DNA of 64,000 nt from Vicugna vicugna (lineage: Eukaryota), in NCBI GenBank assembly GCA_013265495.1, contig MU061579.1:6796124-6860123 (forward strand), in the 5' to 3' direction. This document shows positions 11,781-23,990 of the stretch, one piece after another. Both the position numbers and the translations under genes were made by a program. The notes beneath the pieces are model-generated. The model saw only the letters and a program-made list of their open reading frames with translations. It did no database searches and was not told the DNA's origin. Position 1 is the first letter of the stretch, and every line of letters begins with the position of its first letter.

Positions 11781-13579
11781 ATTTAGCAACCTGTTCTGAA
11801 AGGACAAAGGGTAATTAAACATGCAACAAGCATACTTTATTGCAGAAAGCCATAGGTAGCACAGTGTACCTTTCTTTAATTCCTATTTTTCAGCTGCCTG
11901 ATGTCTCAGAAATCATTTAGGAGGTAAGACCACTGGTCTGTGGCACAGTGGGAATAATAGGCCTGTTCATGGTTGTAAGATCTCTATTATTACCTGATGA
12001 TAGTATTAATGAATCATGCCTAATCTAATTGCTGAAAATAATGCTGCAAATCAAAAAACATATTAAGCACCAGAGAAAAATTGAAAGCCCAAGATCCAGG
12101 GATGTGAGGTTAGGGGAGCTTAGACAATAAGCTCTAATTAGGAGACCATTAGGTAAGCTTCTGGTGAACAGTGACGGTTATGAAAGCCCACCAGCTTCCT
12201 GAAATTAGCTCAGTTCTAATAATCTAATAATTTCTGGGGAAAAAAATAAAATAATTTAATTTTACTGATGATTTTTTTAAGAGAATTTTCCCTGAATCAC
12301 TGTCCTTAACTACCTTGAAGCAGTTCCAACCTTAAGCTTCAATCTCCAGGGTGTGAGATGGAAAAGAGAAGTAACTTACTCCAAGGTGCTACCAGGAAGC
12401 AAAATGGCACATGTCAAATACAAGCCATTTGAAGACTCTCTGAATTTCCAAGTACTTCATCACTATATACAGTCATAAAGTTGTGTTCTTATTGCTCACG
12501 AGAAACTATTAAAAGTCTCGGAAAGTAGGTTTATATAAGTCTAACTCCAAAATGAAATATATTTTCTGTTAAAATTGAACCAGTAATAACAAAAATTAAT
12601 CAACAATTAGGTTTTTCCTTCTATTAGACCTAAAGATTATGAAAATACTATTTGATCAATTGTATTACTAAAATTTATAACTGACAGAAGCAAATTCTGA
12701 ATTTATATAGAAAAAGCTTCAAGGGAATGATGTAACTTTTCTGCTGTAAGAAGGTGATTTAAGCCTTTGGATGGATTACAGAAGGTTTAAGATGTTGCCC
12801 TTGTGGTAATGCAGTGTTTTAGCTTAAAGGCCATGTGAATATCAATTTTCCCTTGTGAAACAAGTTACTGGCCAACCAAAACTTCTATTACTTCTACATT
12901 TCCTGAAGGACTCTTCCATTCCGAAATTGAGTAGATGAATTGCAGCCTCATAAAAGTACTGCAGAAGTGTGACAGTCTCATTGGAGACACAATTTACCAA
13001 AGAAACAGGTATTTGGATGGTGACTCAGCTCAATAGATCATTCAGAGAGTGAAAGGAAAGAGACATTGAAAACGATACATCTCAGTGTCAACTAGGAAAA
13101 GGAGTCAATTGTCAATGACTTGTAGAATAGTAGAATTTCAAGAACTAAATGACAGACTATCTGATTTTAGAAAGAAAATATAAATTTCATGTTGCCCAAA
13201 AAGCTAGTTGAAAACTTAATATTTTCTGGTTTTGATTTTTTTGTGTTTATCAGCTTGTTTCACTGAGTTGAATGTATTAACGAGCATTTAAGGTTATGCT
13301 TTTTAATTCACTTAAAGTTATAGTCTTCTAGGAAGGAAAGTCACCAACAGTAGCTAATATACATTACGACTGAGTAAATAATACAGTTGTGTCAGATTTA
13401 TGACAAATTTAATTTATTAGCAAAAATGTGTGCCCATCGTGCAATATAATACTAATCTTTGTATCCCCAGTGCCTGATAACCATGCTTAGTATGCAGTGA
13501 ATATTTGAGCAAACACAAGTGAGCACTCAGGGCTCACAGACAGCTGGTCAATGTTATCATCAGATCCCAGGATGTGACT

Positions 13580-14160
13580 ATGACCTGTATGGGAGCAAGG
13601 TTTGAACACTATTATACCATTGTTTTGTGCCAGTCTTAGCCTGTCAATAACCAGTGATGTGGCTGCATGAGCCTTTGTGGTTCTTATATTATTGCCAGAC
13701 ACTCTTCAGAAATAATCATCGGGGAATTTTGAAAAAATAAACATGTATTACTTGCAGACCTAGAAATTCCACAGCTCACCTGGGGCCGTATAGGAGGAGA
13801 CAGAAAGAGAGAGAGCACTATGGGCCTAGGGTTCTGCTTTTTATAAGGGTTGAGGGTAGGGCTCCCTCCTTCTTGGTGAATTTAAAAGGTAGAAGCAGGC
13901 ATTTAAATCTTAGGAAGAGAAAAAAATAAATGGCCCAAATGGCCAATTTTTGAAATCAACCAAGATCTCTAAAACAAAGGAGCCTCAGTGAGGAATGGCA
14001 GCCTATTTATCTAGTCCTGTGGCCTGCAATGAGTTTATTCAAGATAGCCATCACTGAATTGGATGCCTCTTTAAAGTCAATGCCTTCAAGTGGATGTCAA
14101 AGTTTAAGTTGGCACTTGCACTACAAAAAAAAAAAAAAAGCTATCAATGCTTACACTACA
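13580..14160 (-). mobile_element. ERVL-type solo LTR (MER76/MER74-like)
   Basis: Reverse strand starts tgtagtgtaagcattgatagc. Reverse TATA (ttttataaggg) and polyA-like site in LTR order. Left boundary uncertain. Confidence 0.6.
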
Positions 14161-14169
14161 GCCATATAC

Positions 14170-14585
14170 TGTGTATCTATTTCCCCAGTATCTATTTCCC
14201 CATTTTACTTAATAAAACCTATATTTTGATTGGGACAACATCAAATGAGAAAGCTTATTTATCTAACCAATGAGATACATGCACCAAGTCCATAAGGAGG
14301 GCATCCCTTCTAAATAAAAAGATTCTTTATTCTTTCCCTTCTTCCTGCTTGGAATGCAGGTATAATAACTGGTGATGGGGCAACCACATTACAACCATGA
14401 GGGTGAAATCCTCACTTAGGATGGTGGAATGAAAAATCAGAAAGTGGCTACATTCTCGATAATATTGTAGAGCTACTGCTTCAGTCATTGACAGCTTACT
14501 TCTAGACTTCTCATTGGGTGAGATAAATAAACACTGTTTAAGCTGTTGTTTTCTTTGTTTGCTTGAAGTCAGGTATTTTCCTCCC
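14170..14585 (+). mobile_element. MaLR LTR (MLT1J-like)
   Basis: ccaatgagata, ttcttcctgcttggaatgcag, caaccatgagg, aggatggtggaatgaaaa, ttctagacttct, aataaacactgtttaagc. Confidence 0.8.
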
Positions 14586-14879
14586 TTGTGTGCCTTTTGA
14601 CAGTGCCTATAAACTAACAAATTATATAAAAACATAACTTTTCTCCTTTATTCTATTGCAGTATAACCTCGATGCCAGAACATTGAATGTAAATGAATGA
14701 ATGGTTAATGTCTGAAAACTTCCCTGAGGTTTCTTGCCTCTAACAAGAGCCAGGAGAAACAATTGTTCACATATTATTTATATCTTGAACTAGATTTTCA
14801 GTTCCTCTAGGCTTAATCTGTTATTTTGTCAGTATTGATTATCAGTTTGCAAAAATTAATCTACCATAGGTTCCTTTTT

Positions 14880-15190
14880 GCAAATCCTAAGTCAACTTCA
14901 AAGTCAAACCTCAGAGGGTTCTTCATGCAGACTAAGCAGCCACCCAGTCATTCTCAAACACACCTTATTTTAATTCTTAGCATAGCCTTTATAGCTCTCT
15001 GATATTTTTCTAATTTATGTATGTATGTATGTACATATGTATGTATGTATGTATGTATGTATTTACTTTTAGTCTCCGCCATCTCACATTAGGATAAGGG
15101 CAGAGAATTTGTCTGGTCGATCAAGAAATACATCCTTGGCATATATAAGACAAGTAGACATATTTGTTGAATGGCTGTGCAGTTGACTGA
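14880..15190 (+). mobile_element. L2a 3' fragment containing a (TATG)n microsatellite
   Basis: catagcctttatagctctctgatatt...agggcagagaatttgtctg...atatttgttgaatgg. Confidence 0.65.
15016..15062. repeat. (TATG)n tetranucleotide microsatellite, one interruption
   Basis: Directly visible. Confidence 0.95.
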
Positions 15191-15383
15191 ATCAAACAAT
15201 CAATAGGAACAGTGAGAGAATCAAAGAATTGTCAGATATAGTCACTGACTTGAGAAAATTTTGAATATAAATGAGGAAATGAGAGACCCATTGGAAAACA
15301 AAAATGTGTAAAATATAAGGCAATACCAATACTCAAGTGGTAAGGATGAAGGTGTGATCAAAGCTCAATGATGTTACATGCAA

Positions 15384-15429
15384 TGACTTGGATTCCTCAG
15401 TAGCTCTGACTTGGATTCCTCAGTAGCTC
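15384..15429. repeat. Perfect 23-bp tandem duplication
   Basis: TGACTTGGATTCCTCAGTAGCTC x2. Confidence 0.97.
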
Positions 15430-15569
15430 CAGGGACCAAGCCTTCCATCTGGACAGAGGTGAGAGCAAACTTAGAAAGAAGAGCTAGAGCAAAGCACATT
15501 GGAGCAGAACATATATGAATGCTTTAACCAGAAGAGGTTTACTATCTCAAATGTTAGTGATGTGATAGG

Positions 15570-15890
15570 AAAAGACTGTGAGATTTAATTCAAAGATTGT
15601 GGTTTTAGAATTAGCTGGGTTGAATTACCCAATACCTAGCATCTCTGAGCTTCAAGTTCCTTATTTGAAAAATGGGGATAAGAATACTTACCTCACTGAA
15701 CAATAATCAGGATTTAAACGGACTAGATGAAAGCAGTTTGTGAAGCATGAGTGATTACAAAAATGGCTAACAGTTCTTGAATTCTTATTATGTGTCAAGC
15801 ACTGAAGTAATCACTTTACATAGATGATCTCTTTTAATCCTCGAAACAACCCAGAGGAAAGACATTAGCCAGGTTTTAACATGGAACGGA
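15570..15890. mobile_element. Two MIR remnants tail-to-tail (+ ~15570-15770, - ~15770-15890)
   Basis: tctctgagcttcaagttccttatttgaaaaatggggataag (+), then tatgtgtcaagcactg...ttttaatcctcgaaacaaccc (-). Confidence 0.75.
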
Positions 15891-16369
15891 GAGAATCTGG
15901 AGGGGCCTGGACTGGGAAGGGCTGGGGCTTTGGTTGTGGGGGAGCAGCTCTCACTAAAACATGCATTTCTTTCACCACTTCCTCTAACAATTGCTCTGAT
16001 GATCCACATAACCTGGCTTATTTCACACCTGAACCAAGAGAGCAAAACCTGGTGAAAGGTGGATCCATCCCATTCACGCCAAGTACTTACATCTGTGCTT
16101 TGGCAAAGACGAGCCATGCAGGACCTCGGGAGAATCCTTGGTGAGGAATGTGAGCTCTCTGAACTCACTTTGTGTGTCCAATTGTTCACAGTCTAAGTAT
16201 ATTTTAAAGGATAGATTTCTTCAATTGCCATCACATGCAAATTTCTAAGGAAATTAGAATGCTGCCAAGTATCTTCCAGAGACTTATGGAACTCTTGCAC
16301 AGAAATAACATATACCATAAATTAGAACATATTAAACAGAATTCCAAATGTTCCAATCAGGATTTACTC

Positions 16370-16635
16370 AAGCAGTATGGCATAGGGATTAAGGAACATA
16401 GGTTCCAGGGCTGGCAAATTTATGTACAACCTGATTCTGCCATATATTTGTTACATAAATATGGGGCCGTTTATTCACTACATAGAGCCTTATTTTTCTC
16501 AGGGTAAAATAGAAATATAAATACGTTACTCAAATATTACTTGAGACAATTAAATAAGATGATATATATGAATGAAAGCATAGGGTGTAGCTCAGGGAAT
16601 GTAGTGAGAATGACACATTTTTCTTTTTATTATTA
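16370..16635 (+). mobile_element. MIR SINE
   Basis: gcagtatggcatagggattaagga...attctgccatat...gggtaaaatagaaatataaatac...attaaataagatgatatatatgaa. Confidence 0.7.
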
Positions 16636-17479
16636 ATTTGTTAAGTCTTTTCATATTACATGTTCTCATTTGGTATTTAGGATTACAACTTTTTTATGCA
16701 CCACTAGTAACAAAAGTAAGGTTGTGATATAACTTGAATACCAGAAAAATTTTAAAACATATTACCTCTCTAATAATTATCCTTTCATCATGAGTTGTCA
16801 TTCAGTCCAAATCAAAATTACCAAAATGGTAAATACTAGAATTAGTTTTCTTAATAATTAGTTTTCTGTGGACTATATGATATTTCATATAGTTTGGTAT
16901 CAAGCCCCCAAAACAAAAATATTACATGTAATCTCCTTACCTAAAAAATCCCAGCAAACCTATTATTTAATACTAAATAGTGCATGTATATATTCAGTTC
17001 ATCCTAATAATTCTAATCAGTATGGAATCATTAAGCCTTGATTCTCTCTTATTTTTTATATAGATTTTGTTTCAGTTCTCATGAAAGATTATTTCAAAAT
17101 CATCTGAGGATTAATTTCCTCATTTTCTTAAATCAATATATGCCAAAGGAGTTTCTCTCTTTACCAGAAAATTTGCATAATGTATTATTCTAATTTGTGA
17201 ATCTTGGTGCCTGTGGGAAAACATAAAGGAAATGTTAATGTAATTGTTGTTCTAAGGAAATAACATTCAGGTTCATTACTGATAAGCATCTGGGTAATTT
17301 TAAGAATGGAATTGGTCCCTTATTTAAGCCGTGATTTATTTACTCTATCTTAAAGAGACAGATGACTCCTAATTGAAAATTAAAATTACAACTTAGTTAT
17401 TCATTCAAATATTTAATAGGATCTATAGTGTTAATTTTGAAATTTCAGTCTAGCACTGACAGAGTGAATTTTGTATCTT

Positions 17480-17660
17480 ACTCTAACTGTAATCTTATCT
17501 GTGTTTGATTTTGGTAATTGTACTCATGCCTCTTTCCCCAACTAGATTGTAAACCCTTTGAGCATGGGCCATTTAATTAATCTTTAGAACATCCGCCTCT
17601 ACTTACAAGTCATCTGTAACATAGCAGGTCTCCACATACACTTAAAGCAGGTGAAATAAA
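17480..17660 (+). mobile_element. L2 3' end
   Basis: tctttccccaactagattgtaaaccctttgagc...acatagcaggtctc. Confidence 0.65.
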
Positions 17661-17988
17661 CTTCATGGTGTGCAAATTATACCCCAATACATCCATTTAA
17701 AAGAAAATGTTCAGTTTAATTCAACTCTTCTTCACAATAAGTGTATTCCTACAAATGTTGCAGGGGTTGTCTAGATGGAATTTGGTTCGTGTAGTGATGT
17801 GTTTCAGATTGCAGTCTTGGATGTCAGACTGAGCTGAATTCTTCTCAGGGATACCTGTTTACTGCCAAATAGGAAACGTGCTTTTCTTTTCTTATTTTAT
17901 TCATTTTACCAACATCTCAATATGAAAGATGAAGAATCAGTTCACTTAGAACAACCCCACCCCACAAACCTCTTTCCTTCCCCTTCAG

Positions 17989-18022
17989 GCTGGTGGTGGT
18001 GGTGATGGTGGTGGCGGTGGTG
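17989..18022. repeat. Imperfect (GGT)n microsatellite
   Basis: gctggtggtggtggtgatggtggtggcggtggtg. Confidence 0.9.
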
Positions 18023-19619
18023 AGAGGACAATGTTTAGCTCCCATTTAACAAGAGTTTCTTCTGTGTGCTTGGGGTTCCATCAGCTTTAACTTTCCTGGC
18101 CACTTTCTATGTCTTTACTCTATGCCAGAGGCAGTGAAGAGAGCTATTTAATTGGTAAAATTAGAGAATAAACCAAGCATGGTTCTCTCCTAATCCTACC
18201 CATCTTTTACAGGACTTCTCCAAAAGTTCCCTGCTGCTCTCTGCTGTGAGGAAAGACCTGCCCTAGCCCTGCACTGCAGGATGGTTGGTCTGTTCAATAC
18301 TGAGGTTCACTTAGTAAGCCTATTTGGCCTCATACATCCCACCGTGAGCCCTTACCAGTAACCAAAGTAGTATTTTGCCTTCTCTCTGCCACTCTTTATT
18401 TTTCTCATTTTTTTTAGGAACCCAAGTGAGGAAGAGAAGTGTTATATTTTAAGCCCCCTTGCAAATAGCAAAATTAATTCTACAATTTTTAGTTCTCATT
18501 TTGGTAACCTTTCTGAATTAAATAATGTGCCTAACCCTCTATTTAATTCTAAGAGCTTTAATTACTTGATCTCCTTCTTTGAGTCCTCACCTTTATGTCT
18601 CCTCCACCTCCTACCTCCCATCAGCAACATCTCTACTTTTACATTGTAAGGCTTTCTAGCATTACTGTTCTTTCCTATAGCCATAATTAAATCTGCATGT
18701 TCTGTCTGTAAAGGTGTTCTAAGAGTTGAAAACTAGTTAACAGTAGTTACAGTATAACGACTATATACGTTTTCAATGAAGAGCCAACTAATGTGCTTAA
18801 GATCCTATTTTCTTCACTTAAGGTCCAATATCATCACCCCTGTTCTAGTCAATGTGTAATGTTCCCAAGCATTGAGGTCAAATGTATTCTTTATAATCAT
18901 ATTTCACTATTTACTCAAAATCATCCCTTATTTAGTTTACCTCAGATTTCAGCAATGACTTTCTTAGACACATTAGCTGTTACGTTTTCCTAGAGTTTCT
19001 CTTTGTCTCATTTATTCTTTTTGAAAGAAGAAGCATATGCTTTCTTCACTGTGTCACTACTATCATCCAACTCATTTGTCACTCTGTTTATTTCTTGGAA
19101 TCCCCATTCATCTTCCTGAGAGCAACCTTGAAGTCTGCTGCATTCCAATTTCAATTTGGCATTGATTGCTTTCTGAACTTGCTACCCACCTGTTAAACTG
19201 GAATTTCTTCCCACTGAATTCTTGGGTCAGTTCAGCTGATGTTTGTATCTAGTATTTTCTGCCACTCAAACATAGGCATTTGTTCAGACCCTTACTCCAC
19301 ACTTACTCTGTACATAGTATTATGACCTATGAAAATTCAAGACAAATCCAAAATTTATCGTGCACCAAAAGAGTTCACAAATTAGGACTTGAACACACCT
19401 ATAAATAATCACAATATAAAATAAAAACTATAATTAGAATAAGTTGGTGAAAGAAGTAGTTATATACCATGGGAAAAAAACAGAATGGAATTAGATGTGA
19501 AGAAGTAGAAGGGATGTGAAAGGCCAGGGAAGGTCAGAGATTGCATGAGAAAGGAAGAAGTATCTCACAATGTGAAGTAACAGTAGTACAAAAACTCACA
19601 GAGAAAATAGTAATCCATG

Positions 19620-19950
19620 TTGTGAATGATAAGTTACAATGCTCTTAGACCAAAGAGGAACTACAACCAAATTCATCTACTTAGAAAACAACAAAACCAA
19701 TGGTCAAACCCTATGGGACACAGCCAAAATCATTTTCAAAAGAAAATTCATAGCTGTAAGTGTTGTTGTATTAAACAGAAATAAAAACTGGGGAGAATGA
19801 ACTAAGAACTCACCTCAAGAACAATGAAATATATATCTATAGATTCAACAAATATGTGGAATTGATAAATTAATACATGTGAAAGTTAAGTATAATGAAT
19901 TAAAAATCAAAAAAATTTGAAAACTAAAGCCAAGAGTAGTTTTTTCATCT
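19620..19950 (+). mobile_element. Old L1 ORF2 fragment
   Basis: caaaccctatgggacacagccaaa...aaaattcatagctgtaagtg corresponds to the L1 ORF2 NLWD.AKA...GKFIA region. Confidence 0.6.
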
Positions 19951-20009
19951 TATAAGATTGTTAGAAAAAATATACAGATATTTTAAAGCCTAGGCTATGC
20001 ATAGATGGA

Positions 20010-20750
20010 AAACAAAGCAATGGAATAAGATATTTCATGCAAATGCAAACCAAAAGAAAATAGGAGTAGCTATTCTTATATAAGTCAAATAGACTTTAAG
20101 CTGAAAACTGTAACAAGAGACAAAGAAGGTCATTATATAATGATGAAGGGATCAACTTATTAAAAGAATATAACAATGATAAATATTTGTGCACCCAACA
20201 TTGGATGCACACTTAAATATATAAAGTAAATACTAACAGATCTAAAGCGAGAAATAGTCAGTAATACCGTAGTAATAGGAGACTTTAATACCCCACTTTC
20301 AACAGTACATAAATTAACCAGACAGAAAATCAATAAGAGAATATTAGATTTAAACTACATATTAGCCCAGATGGATTTAACAGATGTATCTAGAACAGTC
20401 CATTCAACAGCAGCAGGATACACATTCTTCTCAAGTGCACATGAATCATTCTCCAAGATAGATCAATCATATTTTAAGCCATAAAATAAGTCTTAATAAA
20501 TTTAAGAAGATTGAAAACATAACAAGCATCTTTTCTGACCACAATGGTGTAACACTAGAAATCAATTACAAGAAAACTATAAAACTGATAAAATCTGAGA
20601 TTAAACATGCTTCTGAACAACTGAGTGAAAAAAGAAAGATAGTTTTTAAATACTTAAGAGAAATGAAAATAAAGACCCAAAATGCCAAAATTTACAGAAT
20701 ACAGTGAAAGCAGTTCTAAAAGAGAAGTTTATAGCAATAAATGCCTAATA
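20010..20750 (+). mobile_element. L1 ORF2 endonuclease-domain fragment (decayed)
   Basis: agagacaaagaaggtcattatataatgat (RDKEGHYIM), ggagactttaataccccact (GDFNTPL), tctgaccacaatgg (SDHNG). Confidence 0.92.
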
Positions 20751-20759
20751 TTAATTCTA

Positions 20760-21230
20760 GAATTCTTGACTCCTCTGTCATAAATTAATTGACTATATAT
20801 ATGTGGGTTTTTTTGGAGGTTCTCTATTCTGCTCCATTGATCTGTGTCTCTGATTTTATTCCAATACTATACTGTTCTAATAACTGTAGCTTTATAATGT
20901 AGTTTGGAATTAAGGAACATGATGCTTTCAGTTTTGCTTTTCTTTCTCAAAATTGCTTTGGCTATTTGGCTTCTTTTATGGTCTAACAGGATTTTTTTTC
21001 TATTTTTGTGGAAAATACCATAGGTATTTTTATAGGGATTACATTGCATCTGTAGACCACTTGAGGTTTTAATTCATGAGCATGGAATAGCTTCCCATTT
21101 AGTTTGTCTTCAGTTTCTTTCATCTATGTCTAATAGTTTTTGGACTATAGATTTTCAGCCTCCTTGGTTAAATTTATTTTTGAATACTTTATTCATTTTG
21201 ATGCTTTTATAAATGGGATTGTTTTCTTAA
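20760..21230 (-). mobile_element. L1 ORF2 post-RT fragment, opposite orientation to the adjacent fragment
   Basis: ORF 20867-21049(-) IAKAILRKKSK...KLHYKATVIRTV matches L1 IAKAILSKKNK...KLYYKATV. Confidence 0.92.
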
Positions 21231-21231
21231 C

Positions 21232-21388
21232 TGGAAATTACCAAGCAGCACTTCCACCTGCATTCCACAACTTTTCCATCAGCTGAGAAATGTGTCTACT
21301 CTTATAGTCAGGAGTCCAGCTAAAAATCAGGGGTCTTATTACTATTGAAGAATGATATGTGGGGACAAATAGTAGTCTCTATTCCTGT
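21232..21388 (-). mobile_element. MLT1 LTR fragment
   Basis: ccagctaaaaatcaggggtcttattact...atatgtggggacaaatagtagtctct, reverse MLT1I/J start. Confidence 0.5.
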
Positions 21389-23749
21389 AGCATAAGGAAT
21401 TATCAAAAGATCTAACTTACATTATCTCTGGAAAAATTATTAGCCTTTTGATTCCTTCAGGCATTGTGAAATCTGTTAATACAGTTTTTCAAGGCTAATT
21501 TTGACACAGTTCATATAATTTTTATTCTTACTCAAATTTATCAATTCCTTTTCACTTAGACACATCTGTGGCTACCCTAACAACTAACCTTATCATGAAT
21601 GAGAATATATATACAACTGCAATTTCCAATTTTGTGCCCAGTTTAGCAAGCTTTGTTCTCAGATGTTTCATCCAGTAGCACTATCTTATTATTGGCTAGC
21701 TATATTTTGTGGGCTACAGAAACCACCTAGGAGGAACATAGAAGTTCCCAGATGTATGTTGATGCTAAATATATCACTCACATACATTAGTGTCCTAACC
21801 ACGTTTCTCTGTCAGTAGTCCAAGCCACAAAATTATGGATGGTTTAATTATCTGTGATTTGCCCAAGTCCCACAAATAATTAATAGTAAACAAGGATCTG
21901 GAGCCCAGGTTGAACAATTTTAATTATTTATTACTAATATCCCAAGAGAAAAAAGGAATGCATGTTTTTTACTACTCATACGTAAGGAAGATGCAATACA
22001 TTTATAGAATTTTAAGTTCTGTCCAAAAACTCCCATGGGAGAAAAATACAGGTCAAAGCAGAGTAAGAGCGTATTTCTGCCTCTTAAGTTCATAAGTATA
22101 GTTACCACCAATTCCATTAGTTTCCCTTTGTCAGCCCACCTCAAAAATATTTTCTCTTCACTGAGCCTCAGAGATATTAAATATCATATTCAAAGTTATA
22201 TAGCTAATAAACAGGAATATTGGAATTGTAAATTAATGTCCTCTTAATTAAAAAAAAATGTTTTTCACTATGAGAAAATCTGGGTGCTGTCACTTTTTTT
22301 GTTTCCTTTACTATGCAGAATTTAAGAGAATTGTGATTTATATTAGGTGTACTTTAATTTATACTAATTAATTTTACCTCATTTATATTTAAATAAATGC
22401 CAAGGTATTGGGTTCAAATGCTATTTTTTCTATTTTAAGTATTGTTGCTTGCTCATTTTTAAATGTAACTTTACGGTATGATATTTTAAAACAGAGAATA
22501 TCTAAATAATTAAAAACTGGAATGGATGTGATGTGACATGCATGTGTCCTCATCTATAAATGTTCTCAATTCTAAAAAAAGGGAGAGGATTAAGGACACT
22601 GAATTATTCTGTCTAGCTGACTGTGTATCCCTGAGGGACTCAATTTTCTGTATCATTGCACTTGCAATGTTAGCACGAAAGGATTAATACATTTTAATCC
22701 TCCTTGATTTAGTCCTATTTTTCTTCTTGCTCTTGTAGCTTAACTGTATTGTTCAGTCTTTAGCACTCTCCTTTGCCTTTGGTTAATTTAAACAAATCAT
22801 ATATTCACAGAGCCCATAAATCTTCCTAGAGACTTCTAAAGTCTTTTAACATAGTTTATTTTTAATGTATTTTGACATGATGATGATATCTTTGCTTGTC
22901 TCTCCCTTCAGTTGTATTTACATCTATGCTAATTTGCTGAAGTGCAATTTGATCTATGTTTTCTGATATAAAGTTGGAGGAGAAAGAGATGTAAGAGAGA
23001 GTCAGACTTGACCTTTTAGTAATCTTTACGGTTCCAGAATCAGTTAAGCAAATCAGTTGGGAAAAAAAGATTTTTCAATGGGATATTTATGTTTCATGAA
23101 TATGGAGAACTTTTAAAATAAAAAAGAAATGTTAATTTTTATCAAAAGCTCTCAATATTAGTTTTTCTCACATAAATAACTTTTAATTTATTTTAATTGT
23201 ATGTTAAAAGTTTTTTTTTTAATCTTCATAAGAATTTTGATGGCATTATATAACACACTTAAATCCTTGACGTCATTTCACAGGTATAATTACTGAGACT
23301 TATGTTCTGTAGTTGGTCCAAGTCCCACAAATAGTAATTAGCAAAAAAGTATCTAGAGCTCAGATAGCCCAATTCCCTTTTACAGACTTTCTCTATAATC
23401 TTTGACCTCTTTGTTGCAAATTAAGGCATCAGGAGATGCTAAGATTGCTGAATGTATAGGAGCTTCCCAATCTAAGTAATTTTTCATTGTACCTGGGAAG
23501 AATTAATGCAATTCAGATCCTGCCCTGTCTTCCCACTTCCTACCCCTATCATCCTGAGGTATCTATTGTCCTTAAATTTGTGAGAGTGAAACTTAAAAAT
23601 GCATAACTTTATAAACCTCTCTAGATGATTCCAGGGTAGCTGGAACTACCCTAAAGAACTATCTCCACCATAAAAGCATCAGCAAGATGAATTGTCGTAT
23701 AGTATACATGAAATATGTTACCCATCCTTCCTAAGCTACATCTCAAAGC

Positions 23750-23990
23750 CAGTGGTCATGTTTCTGACTGCCCACCAAGGGCCAGATATAGGAGGATGTG
23801 CATACATTGTGTAAGTTGATTGAAGATGGGCCAACAGGACAGTTTCTGCAATAGACAACCCTGTTCATCTACATGTTACTGATTTCCCAGATAACCCAAC
23901 ATCCAGATTTTTGTAATTAAAAATCCTGATTTTTAATATTGGTCAAAATTTTAATTAAATAGATAAAAGGCATGGATGACCAATTGTATG
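23750..23990. mobile_element. MER102-like hAT-Charlie remnant
   Basis: atccagatttttgtaattaaaaatcctgatttttaatattggtcaaaatt. Confidence 0.55.

Noticed and set aside
15788..16189. Longest ORF (133 aa, minus strand) and the overlapping 87-aa plus ORF
   Set aside because: No recognisable domain, it partly runs through a MIR, and it has no supporting exon structure. The length is compatible with chance in a locally GC-richer patch.
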